Shown: piece after piece, positions 18,001-35,100 of the stretch
Layout of the letters: every line of letters starts with the position of its first letter
Position numbering within the stretch: the first letter of the stretch is position 1
Origin: Eledone cirrhosa
Lineage: Eukaryota
Length of the DNA stretch: 64,000 nt
Direction: 5' to 3'
Assembly: GCA_964016885.1 (NCBI GenBank)
Contig: OZ024743.1
Coordinates: forward strand, 337,342,001-337,406,000
Made by a program: the position numbers and the translations under genes
Notes under the pieces: model-generated
What the model saw: only the letters and a program-made list of their open reading frames with translations
Database searches by the model: none
Told to the model about the DNA's origin: nothing

Positions 18001-20772
18001 ACAGTACCAATAACAACAGCACCAATAACAACAGTACCAATAACAACAGCACCAATAACAACATTACCAATAACAACAGCACCAATAACAACAGTACCAA
18101 TAACAACAGCACCAATAACAACAGTACCAATAACAACAGCACCACCAATAACAACAGCACCAATAACAACAGTACCACCAATAACAACAGCACCAATAAC
18201 AACAGCACCACCAATAACAACACCACCAATGACAACAGCACCAATAACAACAGCACCAATAACAACAGCACCACCAATAACAACAGCACCAATAACAACA
18301 GCACCACCAATAACAACAGCACCAATAACAACAGCACCACCAATAACAACAGCACCAATAACAAGAGTACCACCAATAACAACAGTACCACCAATAACAA
18401 CAGCACCAATAACAACAGCACCACCAATAACAACAGTACCAATAACAACAGCACCACCAATAACAACAGCACCAATAACAACAGCACCACCAATAACAAC
18501 AGCACCAATAACAACAGTACCATCAATAACAACAGCACCAATAACAACAGCACCAATAACAACAGTACCATCAATAACAACTGCACCAATAACAACAGCA
18601 CCAATAACAACAGCACCAATAACAACAGCACCACCAATAACAACAGCACCAATAACAACAGTACCACCAATAACAACAGTACCACCAATAACAACAGCAC
18701 CAATAACAACAGCACCACCAATAACAACAGCACCAATAACAACAGCACCACCAATAACAACAGCACCAATAACAACAGTACCACCAATAACAACAGTACC
18801 ACCAATAACAACAGCACCAATAACAACAGTACCAACAATAACAACAGCACCAATAACAACAGTACCACCAATAACAACAGCACCACCAATAACAACAGCA
18901 CCAATAACAACAGCACCACCAATAACAACAGCACCAATAACAACAGTACCACCAATAACAACAGCACCAATAACAACAGTACCACCAATAACAACAGCAC
19001 CACCAATAACAACAGCACCAATAACAACAGCACCACCAATAACAACAGCACCAATAACAACAGTACCACCAATAACAACAGTACCACCAATAACAACAGC
19101 ACCAATAACAACAGCACCACCAATAACAACAGCACCAATAACAACAGTACCACCAATAACAACAGCACCACCAATAACAACAGCACCAATAACAACAGCA
19201 CCACCAATAACAACAGCACCACCAATAACAACAGCACCAATAACAACAGCACCACCAATAACAACAGCACCACCAATAACAACAGCACCAATAACAACAG
19301 TACCACCAATAACAACAGTACTACCAATAACAACAGCACCACCAATAACAACAGCACCAATAACAACAGCACCACCAATAACAACAGTACCACCAATAAC
19401 AACAGTACCACCAATAAGAACAGTACCACCAATAACAACAGTACCACCAATAACAACAGCACCAATAACGACAGCACCACCAATAACAACAGCACCAATA
19501 ACAACAGTACCACCAATAACAACAGCACCACCAATAACAACAGCACCAATAACAACAGCACCACCAATAACAACAGCACCAATAACAACAGTACCACCAA
19601 TAACAACAGCACCACCAATAACAACAGCACCAATAACAACAGTACCAATAACAACAGCACCACCAATAACAACAGTACCACCAATAACAACAGTACCACC
19701 AATAACAACAGCACCAATAACAACAGCACCACCAATAACAACAGTACCACCAATAACAACAGTACCAATAACAACAGCACCACCAATAACAACAGTACCA
19801 CCAATAACAACAGTACCACCAATAACAACAGCACCAATAACAACAGTACCAATAACAACAGCACCAATAACAACAGCACCAATAACAACAGCACCACCAA
19901 TAACAACAGTACCACCAATAACAACAGTACCAATAACAACAGTACCACCAATAACAACAGTACCAATAACAACAGCACCAATAACAACAGTACCACCAAT
20001 AACAACAGTACCAATAACAACAGCACCAATAACAACAGTACCACCAATAACAACAGCATCAATAACAACACCACCAATAACAACAGCACCAATAACAACA
20101 GTACCAATAACAACAGCACCAATAACAACAGTACCACCAATAACAACAGTACCAATAACAACAGAACCAATAACAACAGTACCACCAATAACAACAGCAC
20201 CACCAATAACAACAGTACCACCAATAACAACAGCACCAATAACAACAGAACCAATAACAACAGTACCACCAATAACAACAGTACCACCAATAACAACAGC
20301 ACCACCAATAACAACAGTACCACCAATAACAACAGTACCAATAACAACAGAACCAATAACAACAGTACCACCAATAACAACAGTACCACCAATAACAACA
20401 GTACCAATAACAACAGAACCAATAACAACAGTACCACCAATAACAACACCATCAATAACAACAGCACCAATAACAACAGTACCAATAACAACAGCACCAA
20501 TAACAACAGTACCAATAACAACAGAACCAATAACAACAGTACCACCAATAACAACAGTACCACCAATAACAACAGCACCACCAATAACAACAGTACCACC
20601 AATAACAACAGTACCAATAACAACAGAACCAATAACAACAGTACCACCAATAACAAGAGCACCAATAACAACAGCACCAATAACAACAGTACCACCAATA
20701 ACAACAGCACCAATAACAACAGCACCAATAACAACAGCACCACCAATAACAACAGTACCAATAACAACAGCA
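1..20772 (+). repeat. Coding-type minisatellite of 15/18-nt units (ATAACAACAGCACCA / ATAACAACAGTACCACCA) with ~5.8-6.6-kb higher-order repeats
   Basis: Direct reading. Rare variants recur at fixed offsets: ITRVPA at ~1543/7402/13837, ITTVTT at ~2929/8773/15208, ITTGP at ~4636/11269. Confidence 0.95.
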
Positions 20773-23199
20773 CCACCAACACCAACAATACGACCAACAC
20801 CACTACCACCAACAACACAAACAACAGCACCACCAACACCAACAATACGACCAACACCTCTACCACCAACAACACCAACAACAGCGCCACCAACACTAAC
20901 AATACGACCAACACCACTACCACCAACAACACCAACAACAGCACCACCAACACCAATAATACGACCAACACCACTACCACCAACAACACAAACAACAGCA
21001 CCACCAACACCAACAATACGACCAACACCTCTACCACCAACAACACCAACAACAGCGCCACCAACACTAACAATACGACCAACACCACTACCACCAACAA
21101 CACCAACAACAGCACCACCAACACCAATAATACGACCAACACCACTACCACCAACAACACAAACAACAGCACCACCAACACCAACAATACGACCAACACC
21201 TCTACCACCAACAACACCAACAACAGCACCACCAACACTAACAATACGACCAACACCACTACCACCAACAACACCAACAACAGCACCACCAACACTAACA
21301 ATACGACCAACACCACTACCACCAACAACACCAACAACAGCACCACCAACAGCAACAATACGACCAACACCACTACCACCAACAACACCAACAACAGCAC
21401 CACCAACACCAACAATACGACCAACACCTCTACCACCAACAACACAAACAACAGCACCACCAACACCAACAAGAAGACCAACACCACTACCACCAACAAC
21501 ACCAACAACAGCACCACCAACACTAACAATACGACCAACACCACTACCACCAACAACACCAACAACAGCACCACCAACACCAACAATACGACCAACACCT
21601 CTACCACCAACAACACAAACAACAGCACCACCAACACCAACAATACGACCAACACCTCTACCATCAACAACACCAACAACAGCACCACCAACACCAACAA
21701 TACGACCAACACCACTACCACCAACAACACAAACAACAGCACCACCAACACCAACAATACGACCAACACCACTACCACCAACAACACCAACAACAGCACC
21801 ACCAACACCAACAATACGACCAACACCTCTACCATCAACAACACCAACAACAGCACCACCAACACCAACAATACGACCAACACCACTACCACCAACAACA
21901 CCAACAACAGCACCACCAACACCAACAATACGACCAACACCTCTACCACCAACAACACCAACAACAGCACCACCAACACCAACAATACGACCAACACCAC
22001 TACCACCAAAACCAACAACAGCACCACCAACACCAACAATACGACCAACACCTCTACCATCAACAACACCAACAACAGCACCACCAACACCAACAATACG
22101 ACCAACACCTCTACCATCAACAACACCAACTACAGCACCACCAACACTAACAATACGACCAACACCTCTACCACCAACAATACCAACAACAGCACCACCA
22201 ACACTAACAATACGACCAACACCTCTACCATCAACAACACCAACAACAGCACCACCAACACCAACAATACGACCAACACCACTACCACCAACAACACCAA
22301 CAACAGCACCACCAACACCAACAATACGACCAACACCACTACCACCAACAACACCAACAACAGCACCACCAACACCAACAATACGACCAACACCTCTACC
22401 ATCAACAACACCAACAACAGCACCACCAACACCAACAATACGACCAACACCACTACCACCAACAACACCAACAACAGCACCACCAACACCAACACCACTA
22501 CCGCCAACAACACCAACAACAGCACTACCAACACCAACAATACGACCAACACCACTACCACCAACAACACCAACAACAGCACCACCAACACCAACAATAC
22601 GACCAACACCTCTACCATCAACAACACCAACAACAGCACCACCAACACTAACAATACGACCAACACCTCTACCACCAACAACACCAACAACAGCACCACC
22701 AACACCAACAATACGACCAACACCACTACCACCAACAACACCAACAACAGCACCACCAACACCAACAATACGACCAACACCACTACCGCCAACAACACCA
22801 ACAACAGCACTACCAACACCAACAATACGACCAACACCACTACCACCAACAACACCAACAACAGCACCACCAACACCAACAATACGACCAACACCTCTAC
22901 CATCAACAACACCAACAACAGCACCACCAACACTAACAATACGACCAACACCTCTACCACCAACAACACCAACAACAGCACCACCAACACCAACAATACG
23001 ACCAACACCACTACCACCAACAACACCAACAACAGCACCACCAACACCAACAATACGACCAACACCACTACCGCCAACAACACCAACAACAGCACTACCA
23101 ACACCAACAATACGACCAACACCACTACCACCAACAATACCAACAACAGCACCACCAACACCACCAAACGACCAACACCACTACCACCAACAACACTAA
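1..23199 (+). CDS. Giant mucin-like Pro/Thr-rich (PTS) repeat ORF, 5'-incomplete (>7700 codons within the window)
   Basis: Frame 1 is open from base 1 (ATA ACA ACA GTA CCA CCA) to TAA 23197-23199. The ORF-track start at 4249 is only an internal ATA>ATG variant. Unit-length changes are multiples of 3 until 23161. The product is [11 protein letters not shown], then [19 protein letters not shown], ending [10 protein letters not shown]. No start, signal peptide or folded domain is visible in the window. Confidence 0.65.
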   Translation: MTTVPPITTVPSITTAPITTAPITTVPPITTAPITTAPITTVPPITTAPITTAPITTATITTAPITTVPPITTAPITTAPITTAPITTAPITTVPPITTAPITTAPITTAPPITTSPITTVPPITTVPSITTAPITTAPITTVPPITTAPITTAPITTATITTSPITTVPPITTVPSITTAPITTAPITTVPPITTAPITTVPPITTAPITTAPITTATITTSPITTVPPITTVPSITTAPITTAPITTVPPITTAPITTAPITTVPPITTAPITTAPITTATITTAPITTVPPITTAPPITTAPITTATITTAPITTVPPITTAPITTAPITTVPPITTAPITTAPITTAPPITTSPITTVPPITTVPSITTAPITTASITTVPSITTAPITTAPITTVPPITTAPITTVPPITTSPITTVPPITTVPSITTAPITTAPPITTAPITTVPPITTAPITTAPITTVPPITTAPITTVPPITTAPITTVPITTAPPITTVPPITTVPPITTAPITRVPAITTAPITTVPPITTVPPITTVPPITNVPPITTAPITTVPPITTAPITTAPITTAPITTVPPITTSPITTAPITTAPITTAPITTAPITTAPITTAPITTVPPITTSPITTAPITTAPITTSPITTVPPITTAPITTAPITTAPITTAPITTSPITTVPPITTAPITTAPITTAPITTAPITTAPITTAPITTVPPITTAPITTAPITTVPPITTSPITTVPPITTVPPITTAPITTAPITTAPITTVPPITTSPITTVPPITTAPITTVPPITTSPITTVPPITTAPITTAPITTAPITTAPITTSPITTVPPITTVPPIRTAPIRTAPITTAPPITVPPITTAPPITVPPITTSPITTVPPITTAPITTAPITTAPITTSPITTVPPITTAPITTSPITVPPITTVPPITTAPITTSPITVPPITTAPITTAPITTAPITTAPITTAPITTVPPITTVTTITTAPITTAPITVPPITTAPITTSPITTVPPITAPPIATTPITTSPITTVPPITAPPITTAPIARTPITTAPITTAPITTPSITTAPITTSPITTAPITTVPPITTAPPITTVPPITTAPITTAPITTVPPITTAPPITTVPPITTVPSITTPPTTTAPITTVPPITTAPITTVPPITTAPITTVPPITTPSITTAPITTAPITTAPIKTVPPITTAPITTVPPITTPSITTAPIKTAPITTAPITTVPPITTPSITTAPITTAPITTAPITTVPPITTAPITTVPPITTPSITTAPITTAPITTAPITTVPPITTAPITTVPPITTAPITTVPPITTVPSITTPPITTAPITTVPSITTAPITTVLAITTAPITTVLPITTAPITTVLPITTAPITPPPITTAPITPPPITTAPITTVLPITTAPITTVLPITTAPMTTVLPITTAPMTTVLPITTAPITPPPITTAPITTALPITTAPITTVLPITTAPITTPPITTAPITTPPITTAPITTPPITTAPITTVLPITTAPITTVPPITTPPIITAPITTPPITTPPITTPPITTGPITTAPITTAPITTVLPITTAPITTVLPITTAPITTAPPITTSPITTVPPITTVPPITTAPITTVLPITTAPITTVPITTAPPITTAPITTVPITTAPPITTAPITTAPITTVLPITTAPITTVLPITTAPITTVPITTAPPITTVPPIRTAPIRTAPITTAPITTVLPITTAPITTVPITTAPPITTVPPITTAPITTAPITTVPPITTVPITTAPPITTVPITTAPPITTAPITTVPITTAPPITTVPPIRTAPITTAPITTVPPITTVPPITTVPPITTAPITTAPITTAPITTAPITTVPPITTAPITTAPITTAPPITTSPITTVPPITTVPSITTAPITTVPPITTAPITTVPPITTAPITTVPPITTAPITTAPITTVPPITTAPITTAPITTATITTSPITTVPPITTVPSITTAPITTAPITTVPPITTAPITTAPITTVPPITTAPITTAPITTATITTAPITTVPPITTAPITTAPITTAPITTAPITTVPPITTAPITTAPITTAPPITTSPITTVPPITTVPSITTAPITTAPITTVPPITTAPITTAPITTATITTSPITTVPPITTVPSITTAPITTAPITTVPPITTAPITTVPPITTAPITTAPITTATITTSPITTVPPITTVPSITTAPITTAPITTVPPITTAPITTAPITTVPPITTAPITTAPITTATITTAPITTVPPITTAPPITTAPITTATITTPPITTVPPITTAPITTAPITTVPPITTAPITTAPITTAPPITTSPITTVPPITTVPSITTAPITTASITTVPSITTAPITTAPITTVPPITTAPITTVPPITTSPITTVPPITTVPSITTAPITTAPPITTAPITTVPPITTAPITTAPITTVPPITTAPITTVPPITTAPITTVPITTAPPITTVPPITTVPPITTAPITRVPAITTAPITTVPPITTVPPITTVPPITTVPPITTAPITTVPPITTAPITTAPITTAPITTVPPITTSPITTAPITTAPITTAPITTAPITTAPITTAPITTVPPITTSPITTAPITTAPITTSPITTVPPITTAPITTAPITTAPITTAPITTSPITTVPPITTAPITTAPITTAPITTAPITTAPITTVPPITTAPITTAPITTVPPITTSPITTVPPITTVPPITTAPITTAPITTAPITTVPPITTSPITTVPPITTAPITTVPPITTSPITTVPPITTAPITTAPITTAPITTAPITTSPITTVPPITTVPPIRTAPIRTAPITTAPPITVPPITTAPPITVPPITTSPITTVPPITTAPITTAPITTAPITTSPITTVPPITTAPITTSPITVPPITTVPPITTAPITTSPITVPPITTAPITTAPITTAPITTAPITTAPITTVPPITTVTTITTAPITTAPITVPPITTAPITTSPITTVPPITAPPIATTPITTSPITTVPPITAPPITTAPIARTPITTAPITTAPITTPSITTAPITTSPITTAPITTVPPITTAPPITTVPPITTAPITTAPITTVPPITTAPPITTVPPITTVPSITTPPTTTAPITTVPPITTAPITTVPPITTAPITTVPPITTPSITTAPITTAPITTAPIKTVPPITTAPITTVPPITTPSITTAPITTAPITTAPITTVPPITTPSITTAPITTAPITTAPITTVPPITTAPITTVPPITTPSITTAPITTAPITTAPITTVPPITTAPITTVPPITTAPITTVPPITTVPSITTPPITTAPITTVPSITTAPITTVLAITTAPITTVLPITTAPITTVLPITTAPITTVLPITTAPITTVLPITTAPITTVLPITTAPITTELPITTAPITTVLPITTAPITTVLPIKTAPIITAPITTVLPITTAPITTVLPITTAPITTVLPITTAPITTVLPITTAPITTVPPIKTAQIITAPITTVLPITTAPITTVLPITTAPITTVLPITTAPITTVLPITTAPITTVLPITTAPIKTVLPITTAPITTVLPITTAPITTVLAITTAPITTVLPITTAPITTVLPITTAPMTTVLPITTAPMTTLLPITTAPITPPPITTAPITPPPITTAPITTVLPITTAPITTVLPITTAPMTTVLPITTAPMTTVLPITTAPITPPPITTAPITTALPITTAPITTVLPITTAPITTPPITTPPITTPPITTAPITTPPITTAPITTVLPITTAPITTVPPITTPPIITAPITTPPITTPPITTPPITTGPITTAPITTAPITTVLPITTAPITTVLPITTAPITTAPPITTSPITTVPPITTVPPITTAPITTVLPITTAPITTVPITTAPPITTAPITTVPITTAPPITTAPITTAPITTVLPITTAPITTVLPITTAPITTVPITTAPPITTVPPIRTAPIRTAPITTAPITTVLPITTAPITTVPITTAPPITTVPPITTAPITTAPITTVPPITTVPITTAPPITTVPITTAPPITTAPITTVPITTAPPITTVPPIRTAPITTAPITTVPPITTVPPITTVPPITTAPITTAPITTAPITTAPITTVPPITTAPITTAPITTAPPITTSPITTVPPITTVPSITTAPITTVPPITTAPITTVPPITTAPITTVPPITTAPITTAPITTVPPITTAPITTAPITTATITTSPITTVPPITTVPSITTAPITTAPITTVPPITTAPITTAPITTVPPITTAPITTAPITTATITTAPITTVPPITTAPITTAPITTAPITTAPITTVPPITTAPITTAPITTAPPITTSPITTVPPITTVPSITTAPITTAPITTVPPITTAPITTAPITTATITTSPITTVPPITTVPSITTAPITTAPITTVPPITTAPITTAPITTVPPITTAPITTAPITTATITTSPITTVPPITTVPSITTAPITTAPITTVPPITTAPITTAPITTVPPITTAPITTAPITTATITTAPITTVPPITTAPPITTAPITTATITTAPITTVPPITTAPITTAPITTVPPITTAPITTAPITTAPPITTSPITTVPPITTVPSITTAPITTAPITTVPSITTAPITTAPITTVPPITTAPITTVPPITTSPITTVPPITTVPSITTAPITTAPPITRVPAITTAPIRTVPPITTVPPITTVPPITTVPPITTAPITTVPPITTAPITTAPITTAPITTVPPITTSPITTAPITTAPITTAPITTAPITTAPITTAPITTVPPITTSPITTAPITTAPITTSPITTVPPITTAPITTAPITTAPITTAPITTSPITTVPPITTAPITTAPITTAPITTAPITTAPITTAPITTVPPITTAPITTAPITTVPPITTSPITTVPPITTVPPITTAPITTAPITTAPITTVPPITTSPITTVPPITTAPITTVPPITTSPITTVPPITTAPITTAPITTAPITTAPITTSPITTVPPITTVPPIRTAPITTAPITTAPPITVPPITTAPPITVPPITTSPITTVPPITTAPITTAPITTAPITTSPITTVPPITTAPITTSPITVPPITTVPPITTAPITTSPITVPPITTAPITTAPITTAPITTAPITTVPPITTVTTITTAPITTAPITVPPITTAPITTSPITTVPPITAPPIATTPITTSPITTVPPITAPPITTAPIATTPITTAPITTAPITTPSITTAPITTSPITTAPITTVPPITTAPPITTVPPITTAPITTAPITTVPPITTAPPITTVPPITTVPSITTPPTTTAPITTVPPITTAPITTVPPITTAPITTVPPITTPSITTAPITTAPITTAPIKTVPPITTAPITTVPPITTPSITTAPITTAPITTAPITTVPPITTPSITTAPITTAPITTAPITTVPPITTAPITTVPPITTPSITTAPITTAPITTAPITTVPPITTAPITTVPPITTAPITTVPPITTVPSITTPPITTAPITTVPSITTAPITTAPITTVPPITTAPITTAPPITTAPITTVPPITTAPPITTALITTAPITTLPPITTAPITTAPPITTAPITTVPPITTAPPITTALITTAPITTVPPITTAPITTAPPITTAPITTAPPITTAPITTVPPITTAPPITTALITTAPITTVPSITTAPITTEPITTVPPITTAPITTVPPITTAPITTVPPITTVPPITTAPITTVPPITTVPSITTPPITTAPITTVPSITTAPITTAPITTVPPITTAPITTVPPITTPPITTVTPITTAPITTAPPITTAPITTVPPITTAPPITTALITTAPITTVPSITTAPITTVPPITTAPITTAPPITTAPITTVPPITTPSITTAPITTAPITTVPPITTVPITTAPPMTTPSITTPPITTAPITTVPITTAPAITTPSITTPPITTAPITTAPPITTAPITTVLPITTPPITTAPITTAPITKVPITTAPITTVPITTAPPITTVPPITTVPPITTAPITTAPPITTVPPITTVPPITTVPPITTAPPITTAPITTVPITTVPITTAPITTAPITTLPITTAPITTVPITTVPITTVPITTAPITTVPITTAPITTLPITTAPITTVPITTAPITTVPITTAPPITTAPITTVPPITTAPITTAPPITTPPMTTAPITTAPITTAPPITTAPITTAPPITTAPITTAPPITTAPITRVPPITTVPPITTAPITTAPPITTVPITTAPPITTAPITTAPPITTAPITTVPSITTAPITTAPITTVPSITTAPITTAPITTAPITTAPPITTAPITTVPPITTVPPITTAPITTAPPITTAPITTAPPITTAPITTVPPITTVPPITTAPITTVPTITTAPITTVPPITTAPPITTAPITTAPPITTAPITTVPPITTAPITTVPPITTAPPITTAPITTAPPITTAPITTVPPITTVPPITTAPITTAPPITTAPITTVPPITTAPPITTAPITTAPPITTAPPITTAPITTAPPITTAPPITTAPITTVPPITTVLPITTAPPITTAPITTAPPITTVPPITTVPPIRTVPPITTVPPITTAPITTAPPITTAPITTVPPITTAPPITTAPITTAPPITTAPITTVPPITTAPPITTAPITTVPITTAPPITTVPPITTVPPITTAPITTAPPITTVPPITTVPITTAPPITTVPPITTVPPITTAPITTVPITTAPITTAPITTAPPITTVPPITTVPITTVPPITTVPITTAPITTVPPITTVPITTAPITTVPPITTASITTPPITTAPITTVPITTAPITTVPPITTVPITTEPITTVPPITTAPPITTVPPITTAPITTEPITTVPPITTVPPITTAPPITTVPPITTVPITTEPITTVPPITTVPPITTVPITTEPITTVPPITTPSITTAPITTVPITTAPITTVPITTEPITTVPPITTVPPITTAPPITTVPPITTVPITTEPITTVPPITRAPITTAPITTVPPITTAPITTAPITTAPPITTVPITTAPPTPTIRPTPLPPTTQTTAPPTPTIRPTPLPPTTPTTAPPTLTIRPTPLPPTTPTTAPPTPIIRPTPLPPTTQTTAPPTPTIRPTPLPPTTPTTAPPTLTIRPTPLPPTTPTTAPPTPIIRPTPLPPTTQTTAPPTPTIRPTPLPPTTPTTAPPTLTIRPTPLPPTTPTTAPPTLTIRPTPLPPTTPTTAPPTATIRPTPLPPTTPTTAPPTPTIRPTPLPPTTQTTAPPTPTRRPTPLPPTTPTTAPPTLTIRPTPLPPTTPTTAPPTPTIRPTPLPPTTQTTAPPTPTIRPTPLPSTTPTTAPPTPTIRPTPLPPTTQTTAPPTPTIRPTPLPPTTPTTAPPTPTIRPTPLPSTTPTTAPPTPTIRPTPLPPTTPTTAPPTPTIRPTPLPPTTPTTAPPTPTIRPTPLPPKPTTAPPTPTIRPTPLPSTTPTTAPPTPTIRPTPLPSTTPTTAPPTLTIRPTPLPPTIPTTAPPTLTIRPTPLPSTTPTTAPPTPTIRPTPLPPTTPTTAPPTPTIRPTPLPPTTPTTAPPTPTIRPTPLPSTTPTTAPPTPTIRPTPLPPTTPTTAPPTPTPLPPTTPTTALPTPTIRPTPLPPTTPTTAPPTPTIRPTPLPSTTPTTAPPTLTIRPTPLPPTTPTTAPPTPTIRPTPLPPTTPTTAPPTPTIRPTPLPPTTPTTALPTPTIRPTPLPPTTPTTAPPTPTIRPTPLPSTTPTTAPPTLTIRPTPLPPTTPTTAPPTPTIRPTPLPPTTPTTAPPTPTIRPTPLPPTTPTTALPTPTIRPTPLPPTIPTTAPPTPPNDQHHYHQQH

Positions 23200-26100
23200 C
23201 AACAGCACCACCAACACCACCAAACAACCAACACCACTACCACCAACAACACCAACAACAGCACCACCAACACCAACAATACGACCAACACCTCTACCCT
23301 CAACAACACCAACAACAGCACCACCAACACCAACAATACGACCAACACCACTACCACCAACAACACCAACAACAGCACCACCAACACCAACAATACGACC
23401 AACACCTCTACCATCAACAACACCAACAACAGCACCACCAACACCAACAATACGACCAACACCACTACCGCCAACAACACCAACAACAGCACTACCAACA
23501 CCAACAATACGACCAACACCACTACCACCAACAACACCAACAACAGCACCACCAACACCAACAATACGACCAACACCTCTACCCTCAACAACACCAACAA
23601 CAGCACCACCAACACCAACAATACGACCAACACCTCTACCCTCAACAACACCAACAACAGCACCACCAACACCAACAATACGACCAACACCACTACCACC
23701 AACAACACCAACAACAGCACCACCAACACCAACAATACGACCAACACCTCTACCCTCAACAACACCAACAACAGCACCACCAACACCAACAATACGACCA
23801 ACACTACTACCACCAACAACACCAACAACAGCACCACCAACACCAACAATACGACCAACACCACTACCACTAACAACAGCACCACCAACACCAACAATAC
23901 GACCAACACCACTACCACCAACAACAACACCAACAGCACCACCAACACCAACAATACGACCAACACCACTACCACCAACAACATCAACAACAGCACCACC
24001 AACACTAACAATACGACCAACACCACTACCACCAACAACACCAGCACCAGCAGCACCTACACTAACAATACGACCAACACCACTACCACCAACAACACCA
24101 ACAACAGCACCACCAACACCAACAATACGACCAACACCTCTACCATCAACAACACCAACAACAGCACCACCAACACCAACAATACGACCAACACCACTAC
24201 CACCAACAACACCAACAACAGCACCACCAACACCAACAATACGACCAACACCTCTACCACCAACAACACCAACAACAGCACCACCAACACCAACAATACG
24301 ACCAACACCACTACCACCAAAACCAACAACAGCACCACCAACACCAACAATACGACCAACACCTCTACCATCAACAACACCAACAACAGCACCACCAACA
24401 CCAACAATACGACCAACACCTCTACCACCAACAACACAAACAACAGCACCACCAACACCAACAATACGACCAACACCTCTACCATCAACAACACCAACAA
24501 CAGCACCACCAACACCAACAATACGACCAACACCACTACCACCAACAACACAAACAACAGCACCACCAACACCAACAATACGACCAACACCACTACCACC
24601 AACAACACCAACAACAGCACCACCAACACCAACAATACGACCAACACCTCTACCATCAACAACACCAACAACAGCACCACCAACACCAACAATACGACCA
24701 ACACCACTACCACCAACAACACCAACAACAGCACCACCAACACCAACAATACGACCAACACCTCTACCACCAACAACACCAACAACAGCACCACCAACAC
24801 CAACAATACGACCAACACCACTACCACCAAAACCAACAACAGCACCACCAACACCAACAATACGACCAACACCTCTACCATCAACAACACCAACAACAGC
24901 ACCACCAACACCAACAATACGACCAACACCTCTACCATCAACAACACCAACTACAGCACCACCAACACTAACAATACGACCAACACCTCTACCACCAACA
25001 ATACCAACAACAGCACCACCAACACTAACAATACGACCAACACCTCTACCATCAACAACACCAACAACAGCACCACCAACACCAACAATACGACCAACAC
25101 CACTACCACCAACAACACCAACAACAGCACCACCAACACCAACAATACGACCAACACCACTACCACCAACAACACCAACAACAGCACCACCAACACCAAC
25201 AATACGACCAACACCTCTACCATCAACAACACCAACAACAGCACCACCAACACCAACAATACGACCAACACCACTACCACCAACAACACCAACAACAGCA
25301 CCACCAACACCAACACCACTACCGCCAACAACACCAACAACAGCACTACCAACACCAACAATACGACCAACACCACTACCACCAACAACACCAACAACAG
25401 CACCACCAACACCAACAATACGACCAACACCTCTACCATCAACAACACCAACAACAGCACCACCAACACTAACAATACGACCAACACCTCTACCACCAAC
25501 AACACCAACAACAGCACCACCAACACCAACAATACGACCAACACCACTACCACCAACAACACCAACAACAGCACCACCAACACCAACAATACGACCAACA
25601 CCACTACCGCCAACAACACCAACAACAGCACTACCAACACCAACAATACGACCAACACCACTACCACCAACAACACCAACAACAGCACCACCAACACCAA
25701 CAATACGACCAACACCTCTACCATCAACAACACCAACAACAGCACCACCAACACTAACAATACGACCAACACCTCTACCACCAACAACACCAACAACAGC
25801 ACCACCAACACCAACAATACGACCAACACCACTACCACCAACAACACCAACAACAGCACCACCAACACCAACAATACGACCAACACCACTACCGCCAACA
25901 ACACCAACAACAGCACTACCAACACCAACAATACGACCAACACCACTACCACCAACAATACCAACAACAGCACCACCAACACCACCAAACGACCAACACC
26001 ACTACCACCAACAACACTAACAACAGCACCACCAACACCACCAAACAACCAACACCACTACCACCAACAACACCAACAACAGCACCACCAACACCAACAA

Positions 26101-29100
26101 TACGACCAACACCTCTACCCTCAACAACACCAACAACAGCACCACCAACACCAACAATACGACCAACACCACTACCACCAACAACACCAACAACAGCACC
26201 ACCAACACCAACAATACGACCAACACCTCTACCATCAACAACACCAACAACAGCACCACCAACACCAACAATACGACCAACACCACTACCGCCAACAACA
26301 CCAACAACAGCACTACCAACACCAACAATACGACCAACACCACTACCACCAACAACACCAACAACAGCACCACCAACACCAACAATACGACCAACACCTC
26401 TACCCTCAACAACACCAACAACAGCACCACCAACACCAACAATACGACCAACACCTCTACCCTCAACAACACCAACAACAGCACCACCAACACCAACAAT
26501 ACGACCAACACCACTACCACCAACAACACCAACAACAGCACCACCAACACCAACAATACGACCAACACCTCTACCCTCAACAACACCAACAACAGCACCA
26601 CCAACACCAACAATACGACCAACACTACTACCACCAACAACACCAACAACAGCACCACCAACACCAACAATACGACCAACACCACTACCACTAACAACAG
26701 CACCACCAACACCAACAATACGACCAACACCACTACCACCAACAACAACACCAACAGCACCACCAACACCAACAATACGACCAACACCACTACCACCAAC
26801 AACATCAACAACAGCACCACCAACACTAACAATACGACCAACACCACTACCACCAACAACACCAGCACCAGCAGCACCTACACTAACAATACGACCAACA
26901 CCACTACCACCAACAACACCAACAACAGCACCACCAACACCAACAATACGACCAACACCTCTACCATCAACAACACCAACAACAGCACCACCAACACCAA
27001 CAATACGACCAACACCACTACCACCAACAACACCAACAACAGCACCACCAACACCAACAATACGACCAACACCTCTACCACCAACAACACCAACAACAGC
27101 ACCACCAACACCAACAATACGACCAACACCACTACCACCAAAACCAACAACAGCACCACCAACACCAACAATACGACCAACACCTCTACCATCAACAACA
27201 CCAACAACAGCACCACCAACACCAACAATACGACCAACACCTCTACCACCAACAACACCAACAACAGCACCACCAACACTAACAATACGACCAACACCAC
27301 TACCACCAACAACACCAACAACAGCACCACCAACACTAACAATACGACCAACACCACTACCACCAACAACACCAACAACAGCACCACCAACAGCAACAAT
27401 ACGACCAACACCACTACCACCAACAACACCAACAACAGCACCACCAACACCAACAATACGACCAACACCTCTACCACCAACAACACAAACAACAGCACCA
27501 CCAACACCAACAAGAAGACCAACACCACTACCACCAACAACACCAACAACAGCACCACCAACACTAACAATACGACCAACACCACTACCACCAACAACAC
27601 CAACAACAGCACCACCAACACCAACAATACGACCAACACCTCTACCACCAACAACACAAACAACAGCACCACCAACACCAACAATACGACCAACACCTCT
27701 ACCATCAACAACACCAACAACAGCACCACCAACACCAACAATACGACCAACACCACTACCACCAACAACACAAACAACAGCACCACCAACACCAACAATA
27801 CGACCAACACCACTACGACCAACAACACCAACAACAGCACCACCAACACCAACAATACGACCAACACCTCTACCATCAACAACACCAACAACAGCACCAC
27901 CAACACCAACAATACGACCAACACCACTACCACCAACAACACCAACAACAGCACCACCAACACCAACAATACGACCAACACCTCTACCACCAACAACACC
28001 AACAACAGCACCACCAACACCAACAATACGACCAACACCACTACCACCAAAACCAACAACAGCACCACCAACACCAACAATACGACCAACACCTCTACCA
28101 TCAACAACACCAACAACAGCACCACCAACACCAACAATACGACCAACACCTCTACCATCAACAACACCAACTACAGCACCACCAACACTAACAATACGAC
28201 CAACACCTCTACCACCAACAATACCAACAACAGCACCACCAACACTAACAATACGACCAACACCTCTACCATCAACAACACCAACAACAGCACCACCAAC
28301 ACCAACAATACGACCAACACCACTACCACCAACAACACCAACAACAGCACCACCAACACCAACAATACGACCAACACCACTACCACCAACAACACCAACA
28401 ACAGCACCACCAACACCAACAATACGACCAACACCTCTACCATCAACAACACCAACAACAGCACCACCAACACCAACAATACGACCAACACCACTACCAC
28501 CAACAACACCAACAACAGCACCACCAACACCAACACCACTACCGCCAACAACACCAACAACAGCACTACCAACACCAACAATACGACCAACACCACTACC
28601 ACCAACAACACCAACAACAGCACCACCAACACCAACAATACGACCAACACCTCTACCATCAACAACACCAACAACAGCACCACCAACACTAACAATACGA
28701 CCAACACCTCTACCACCAACAACACCAACAACAGCACCACCAACACCAACAATACGACCAACACCACTACCACCAACAACACCAACAACAGCACCACCAA
28801 CACCAACAATACGACCAACACCACTACCGCCAACAACACCAACAACAGCACTACCAACACCAACAATACGACCAACACCACTACCACCAACAACACCAAC
28901 AACAGCACCACCAACACCAACAATACGACCAACACCTCTACCATCAACAACACCAACAACAGCACCACCAACACTAACAATACGACCAACACCTCTACCA
29001 CCAACAACACCAACAACAGCACCACCAACACCAACAATACGACCAACACCACTACCACCAACAACACCAACAACAGCACCACCAACACCAACAATACGAC

Positions 29101-32100
29101 CAACACCACTACCGCCAACAACACCAACAACAGCACTACCAACACCAACAATACGACCAACACCACTACCACCAACAATACCAACAACAGCACCACCAAC
29201 ACCACCAAACGACCAACACCACTACCACCAACAACACTAACAACAGCACCACCAACACCACCAAACAACCAACACCACTACCACCAACAACACCAACAAC
29301 AGCACCACCAACACCAACAATACGACCAACACCTCTACCCTCAACAACACCAACAACAGCACCACCAACACCAACAATACGACCAACACCACTACCACCA
29401 ACAACACCAACAACAGCACCACCAACACCAACAATACGACCAACACCTCTACCATCAACAACACCAACAACAGCACCACCAACACCAACAATACGACCAA
29501 CACCACTACCGCCAACAACACCAACAACAGCACTACCAACACCAACAATACGACCAACACCACTACCACCAACAACACCAACAACAGCACCACCAACACC
29601 AACAATACGACCAACACCTCTACCCTCAACAACACCAACAACAGCACCACCAACACCAACAATACGACCAACACCTCTACCCTCAACAACACCAACAACA
29701 GCACCACCAACACCAACAATACGACCAACACCACTACCACCAACAACACCAACAACAGCACCACCAACACCAACAATACGACCAACACCTCTACCCTCAA
29801 CAACACCAACAACAGCACCACCAACACCAACAATACGACCAACACCACTACCACCAACAACACCAACAACAGCACCACCAACACCAACAATACGACCAAC
29901 ACCACTACCACTAACAACAGCACCACCAACACCAACAATACGACCAACACCACTACCACCAACAACAACACCAACAGCACCACCAACACCAACAATACGA
30001 CCAACACCACTACCACCAACAACACCAGCACCAGCAGCACCAACACTAACAATACGACCAACACCACTACCACCAACAACACCAACAACAGCACCACCAA
30101 CACCAACAATACGACCAACACCTCTACCATCAACAACACCAACAACAGCACCACCAACACCAACAATACGACCAACACCACTACCACCAACAACACCAAC
30201 AACAGCACCACCAACACCAACAATACGACCAACACCACTACCACCAAAACCAACAACAGCACCACCAACACCAACAATACGACCAACACCTCTACCATCC
30301 ACAACACCAACAACAGCACCACCAACACCAACAATACGACCAACACCTCTACCATCAACAACACCAACAACAGCACCACCAACACTAACAATACGACCAA
30401 CACCTCTACCACCAACAATACCAACAACAGCACCACCAACACTAACAATACGACCAACACCTCTACCATCAACAACACCAACAACAGCACCACCAACACC
30501 AACAATACGACCAACACCACTACCACCAACAACACCAACAACAGCACCACCAACACCAACAATACGACCAACACCACTACCACCAACAACACCAACAACA
30601 GCACCACCAACACCAACAATACGACCAACACCTCTACCATCAACAACACCAACAACAGCACCACCAACACCAACAATACGACCAACACCACTACCACCAA
30701 CAACACCAACAACAGCACCACTAACACCAACACCACTACCGCCAACAACACCAACAACAGCACTACCAACACCAACAATACGACCAACACCACTACCACC
30801 AACAACACCAACAACAGCACCACCAACACCAACAATACGACCAACACCACTACCATCAACAACACCAACAACAGCACCACCAACACTAACAATACGACCA
30901 ACACCTCTACCACCAACAACACCAACAACAGCACCACCAACACCAACAATACGACCAACACCACTACCACCAACAACACCAACAACAGCACCACCAACAC
31001 CAACAATACGACCAACACCACTACCGCCAACAACACCAACAACAGCACTACCAACACCAACAATACGACCAACACCACTACCACCAACAACACCAACAAC
31101 AGCACCACCAACACCAACAATACGACCAACACCAACAACAGCACCACCAACACTAACAATACGACCAACACCTCTACCACCAACAACACCAACAACAGCA
31201 CCACCAACACCAACAATACGACCAACACCACTACCACCAACAACACCAACAACAGCACCACCAACACCAACAATACGACCAACACCACTACCGCCAACAA
31301 CACCAACAACAGCACTACCAACACCAACAATACGACCAACACCACTACCACCAACAACACCAACAACAGCACCACCAACACCACCAAACGACCAACACCA
31401 CTACCACCAACAACACTAACAACAGCACCACCAACACCACCAAACAACCAACACCACTACCACCAACAACACCAACAACAGCACCACCAACACCAACAAT
31501 ACGACCAACACCTCTACCCTCAACAACACCAACAACAGCACCACCAACACCAACAATACGACCAACACCACTACCGCCAACAACACCAACAACAGCACTA
31601 CCAACACCAACAATACGACCAACACCACTACCACCAACAACACCAACAACAGCACCACCAACACCAACAATACGACCAACACCTCTACCCTCAACAACAC
31701 CAACAACAGCACCACCAACACCAACAATACGACCAACACCTCTACCCTCAACAACACCAACAACAGCACCACCAACACCAACAATACGACCAACACCACT
31801 ACCACCAACAACACCAACAATACGACCAACACCTCTACCCTCAACAACACCAACAACAGCACCACCAACACCAACAATACGACCAACACCACTACCACCA
31901 ACAACACCAACAACAGCACCACCAACACCAACAATACGACCAACACCTCTACCCTCAACAACACCAACAACAGCACCACCAACACCAACAATACGACCAA
32001 CACCTCTACCCTCAACAACACCAACAACAGCACCACCAACACCAACAATACGACCAACGGCACTACCACCAACAACAACACCAACAGCACCACCAACACC

Positions 32101-35100
32101 AACAATACGACCAACACCACTACCACCAACAACATCAACAACAGCACCACCAACACCAACAATACGACCAACACCTCTACCCTCAACAACACCAACAACA
32201 GCACCACCAACACCAACAATACGACCAACACCTCTACCCTCAACAACACCAACAACAGCACCACCAACACCAACAATACGACCAACACCACTACCACCAA
32301 CAACACCAACAACAGCACCACCAACACCAACAATACGACCAACACCTCTACCCTCAACAACACCAACAACAGCACCACCAACACCAACAATACGACCAAC
32401 ACCACTACCACCAACAACACCAACAACAGCACCACCAACACCAACAATACGACCAACACCACTACCACTAACAACAGCACCACCAACACCAACAATACGA
32501 CCAACACCACTACCACCAACAACAACACCAACAGCACCACCAACACCAACAATACGACCAACACCACTACCACCAACAACATCAACAACAGCACCACCAA
32601 CACTAACAATACGACCAACACCACTACCACCAACAACACCAGCACCAGCAGCACCAACACTAACAATACGACCAACACCACTACCACCAACAACACCAAC
32701 AACAGCACCACCAACACCAACAATACGACCAACACCTCTACCATCAACAACACCAACAACAGCACCACCAACACCAACAATACGACCAACACCACTACCA
32801 CCAACAACACCAACAACAGCACCACCAACACCAACAATACGACCAACACCTCTACCACCAACAACACCAACAACAGCACCACCAACACCAACAATACGAC
32901 CAACACCACTACCACCAAAACCAACAACAGCACCACCAACACCAACAATACGACCAACACCTCTACCATCAACAACACCAACAACAGCACCACCAACACC
33001 AACAATACGACCAACACCTCTACCATCAACAACACCAACAACAGCACCACCAACACTAACAATACGACCAACACCTCTACCACCAACAATACCAACAACA
33101 GCACCACCAACACTAACAATACGACCAACACCTCTACCATCAACAACACCAACAACAGCACCACCAACACCAACAATACGACCAACACCACTACCACCAA
33201 CAACACCAACAACAGCACCACCAACACCAACAATACGACCAACACCACTACCACCAACAACACCAACAACAGCACCACCAACACCAACAATACGACCAAC
33301 ACCTCTACCATCAACAACACCAACAACAGCACCACCAACACCAACAATACGACCAACACCACTACCACCAACAACACCAACAACAGCACCACTAACACCA
33401 ACACCACTACCGCCAACAACACCAACAACAGCACTACCAACACCAACAATACGACCAACACCACTACCACCAACAACACCAACAACAGCACCACCAACAC
33501 CAACAATACGACCAACACCACTACCATCAACAACACCAACAACAGCACCACCAACACTAACAATACGACCAACACCTCTACCACCAACAACACCAACAAC
33601 AGCACCACCAACACCAACAATACGACCAACACCACTACCACCAACAACACCAACAACAGCACCACCAACACCAACAATACGACCAACACCACTACCGCCA
33701 ACAACACCAACAACAGCACTACCAACACCAACAATACGACCAACACCACTACCACCAACAACACCAACAACAGCACCACCAACACCAACAATACGACCAA
33801 CACCAACAACAGCACCACCAACACTAACAATACGACCAACACCTCTACCACCAACAACACCAACAACAGCACCACCAACACCAACAATACGACCAACACC
33901 ACTACCACCAACAACACCAACAACAGCACCACCAACACCAACAATACGACCAACACCACTACCGCCAACAACACCAACAACAGCACTACCAACACCAACA
34001 ATACGACCAACACCACTACCACCAACAACACCAACAACAGCACCACCAACACCACCAAACGACCAACACCACTACCACCAACAACACTAACAACAGCACC
34101 ACCAACACCACCAAACAACCAACACCACTACCACCAACAACACCAACAACAGCACCACCAACACCAACAATACGACCAACACCTCTACCCTCAACAACAC
34201 CAACAACAGCACCACCAACACCAACAATACGACCAACACCACTACCACCAACAACACCAACAACAGCACCACCAACACCAACAATACGACCAACACCTCT
34301 ACCATCAACAACACCAACAACAGCACCACCAACACCAACAATACGACCAACACCACTACCGCCAACAACACCAACAACAGCACTACCAACACCAACAATA
34401 CGACCAACACCACTACCACCAACAACACCAACAACAGCACCACCAACACCAACAATACGACCAACACCTCTACCCTCAACAACACCAACAACAGCACCAC
34501 CAACACCAACAATACGACCAACACCTCTACCCTCAACAACACCAACAACAGCACCACCAACACCAACAATACGACCAACACCACTACCACCAACAACACC
34601 AACAATACGACCAACACCTCTACCCTCAACAACACCAACAACAGCACCACCAACACCAACAATACGACCAACACCACTACCACCAACAACACCAACAACA
34701 GCACCACCAACACCAACAATACGACCAACACCTCTACCCTCAACAACACCAACAACAGCACCACCAACACCAACAATACGACCAACACCTCTACCCTCAA
34801 CAACACCAACAACAGCACCACCAACACCAACAATACGACCAACACCTCTACCATCAACAACACCAACAACAGCACCACCAACACCAACAATACGACCAAC
34901 ACCACTACCACCAACAACACCAACAACAGCACCACCAACACCAACAATACGACCAACACCTCTACCCTCAACAACACCAACAACAGCACCACCAACACCA
35001 ACAATACGACCAACACCACTACCACCAACAACACCAACAACAGCACCACCAACACCAACAATACGACTAACACCACTACCACCAACAACAGCACCACCAA

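Noticed and set aside
23197-23199. A-to-I editing of the TAA as a rescue mechanism
   Set aside because: Recoding the stop would leave the ribosome out of the Pro/Thr frame; editing cannot repair a net -2 indel.
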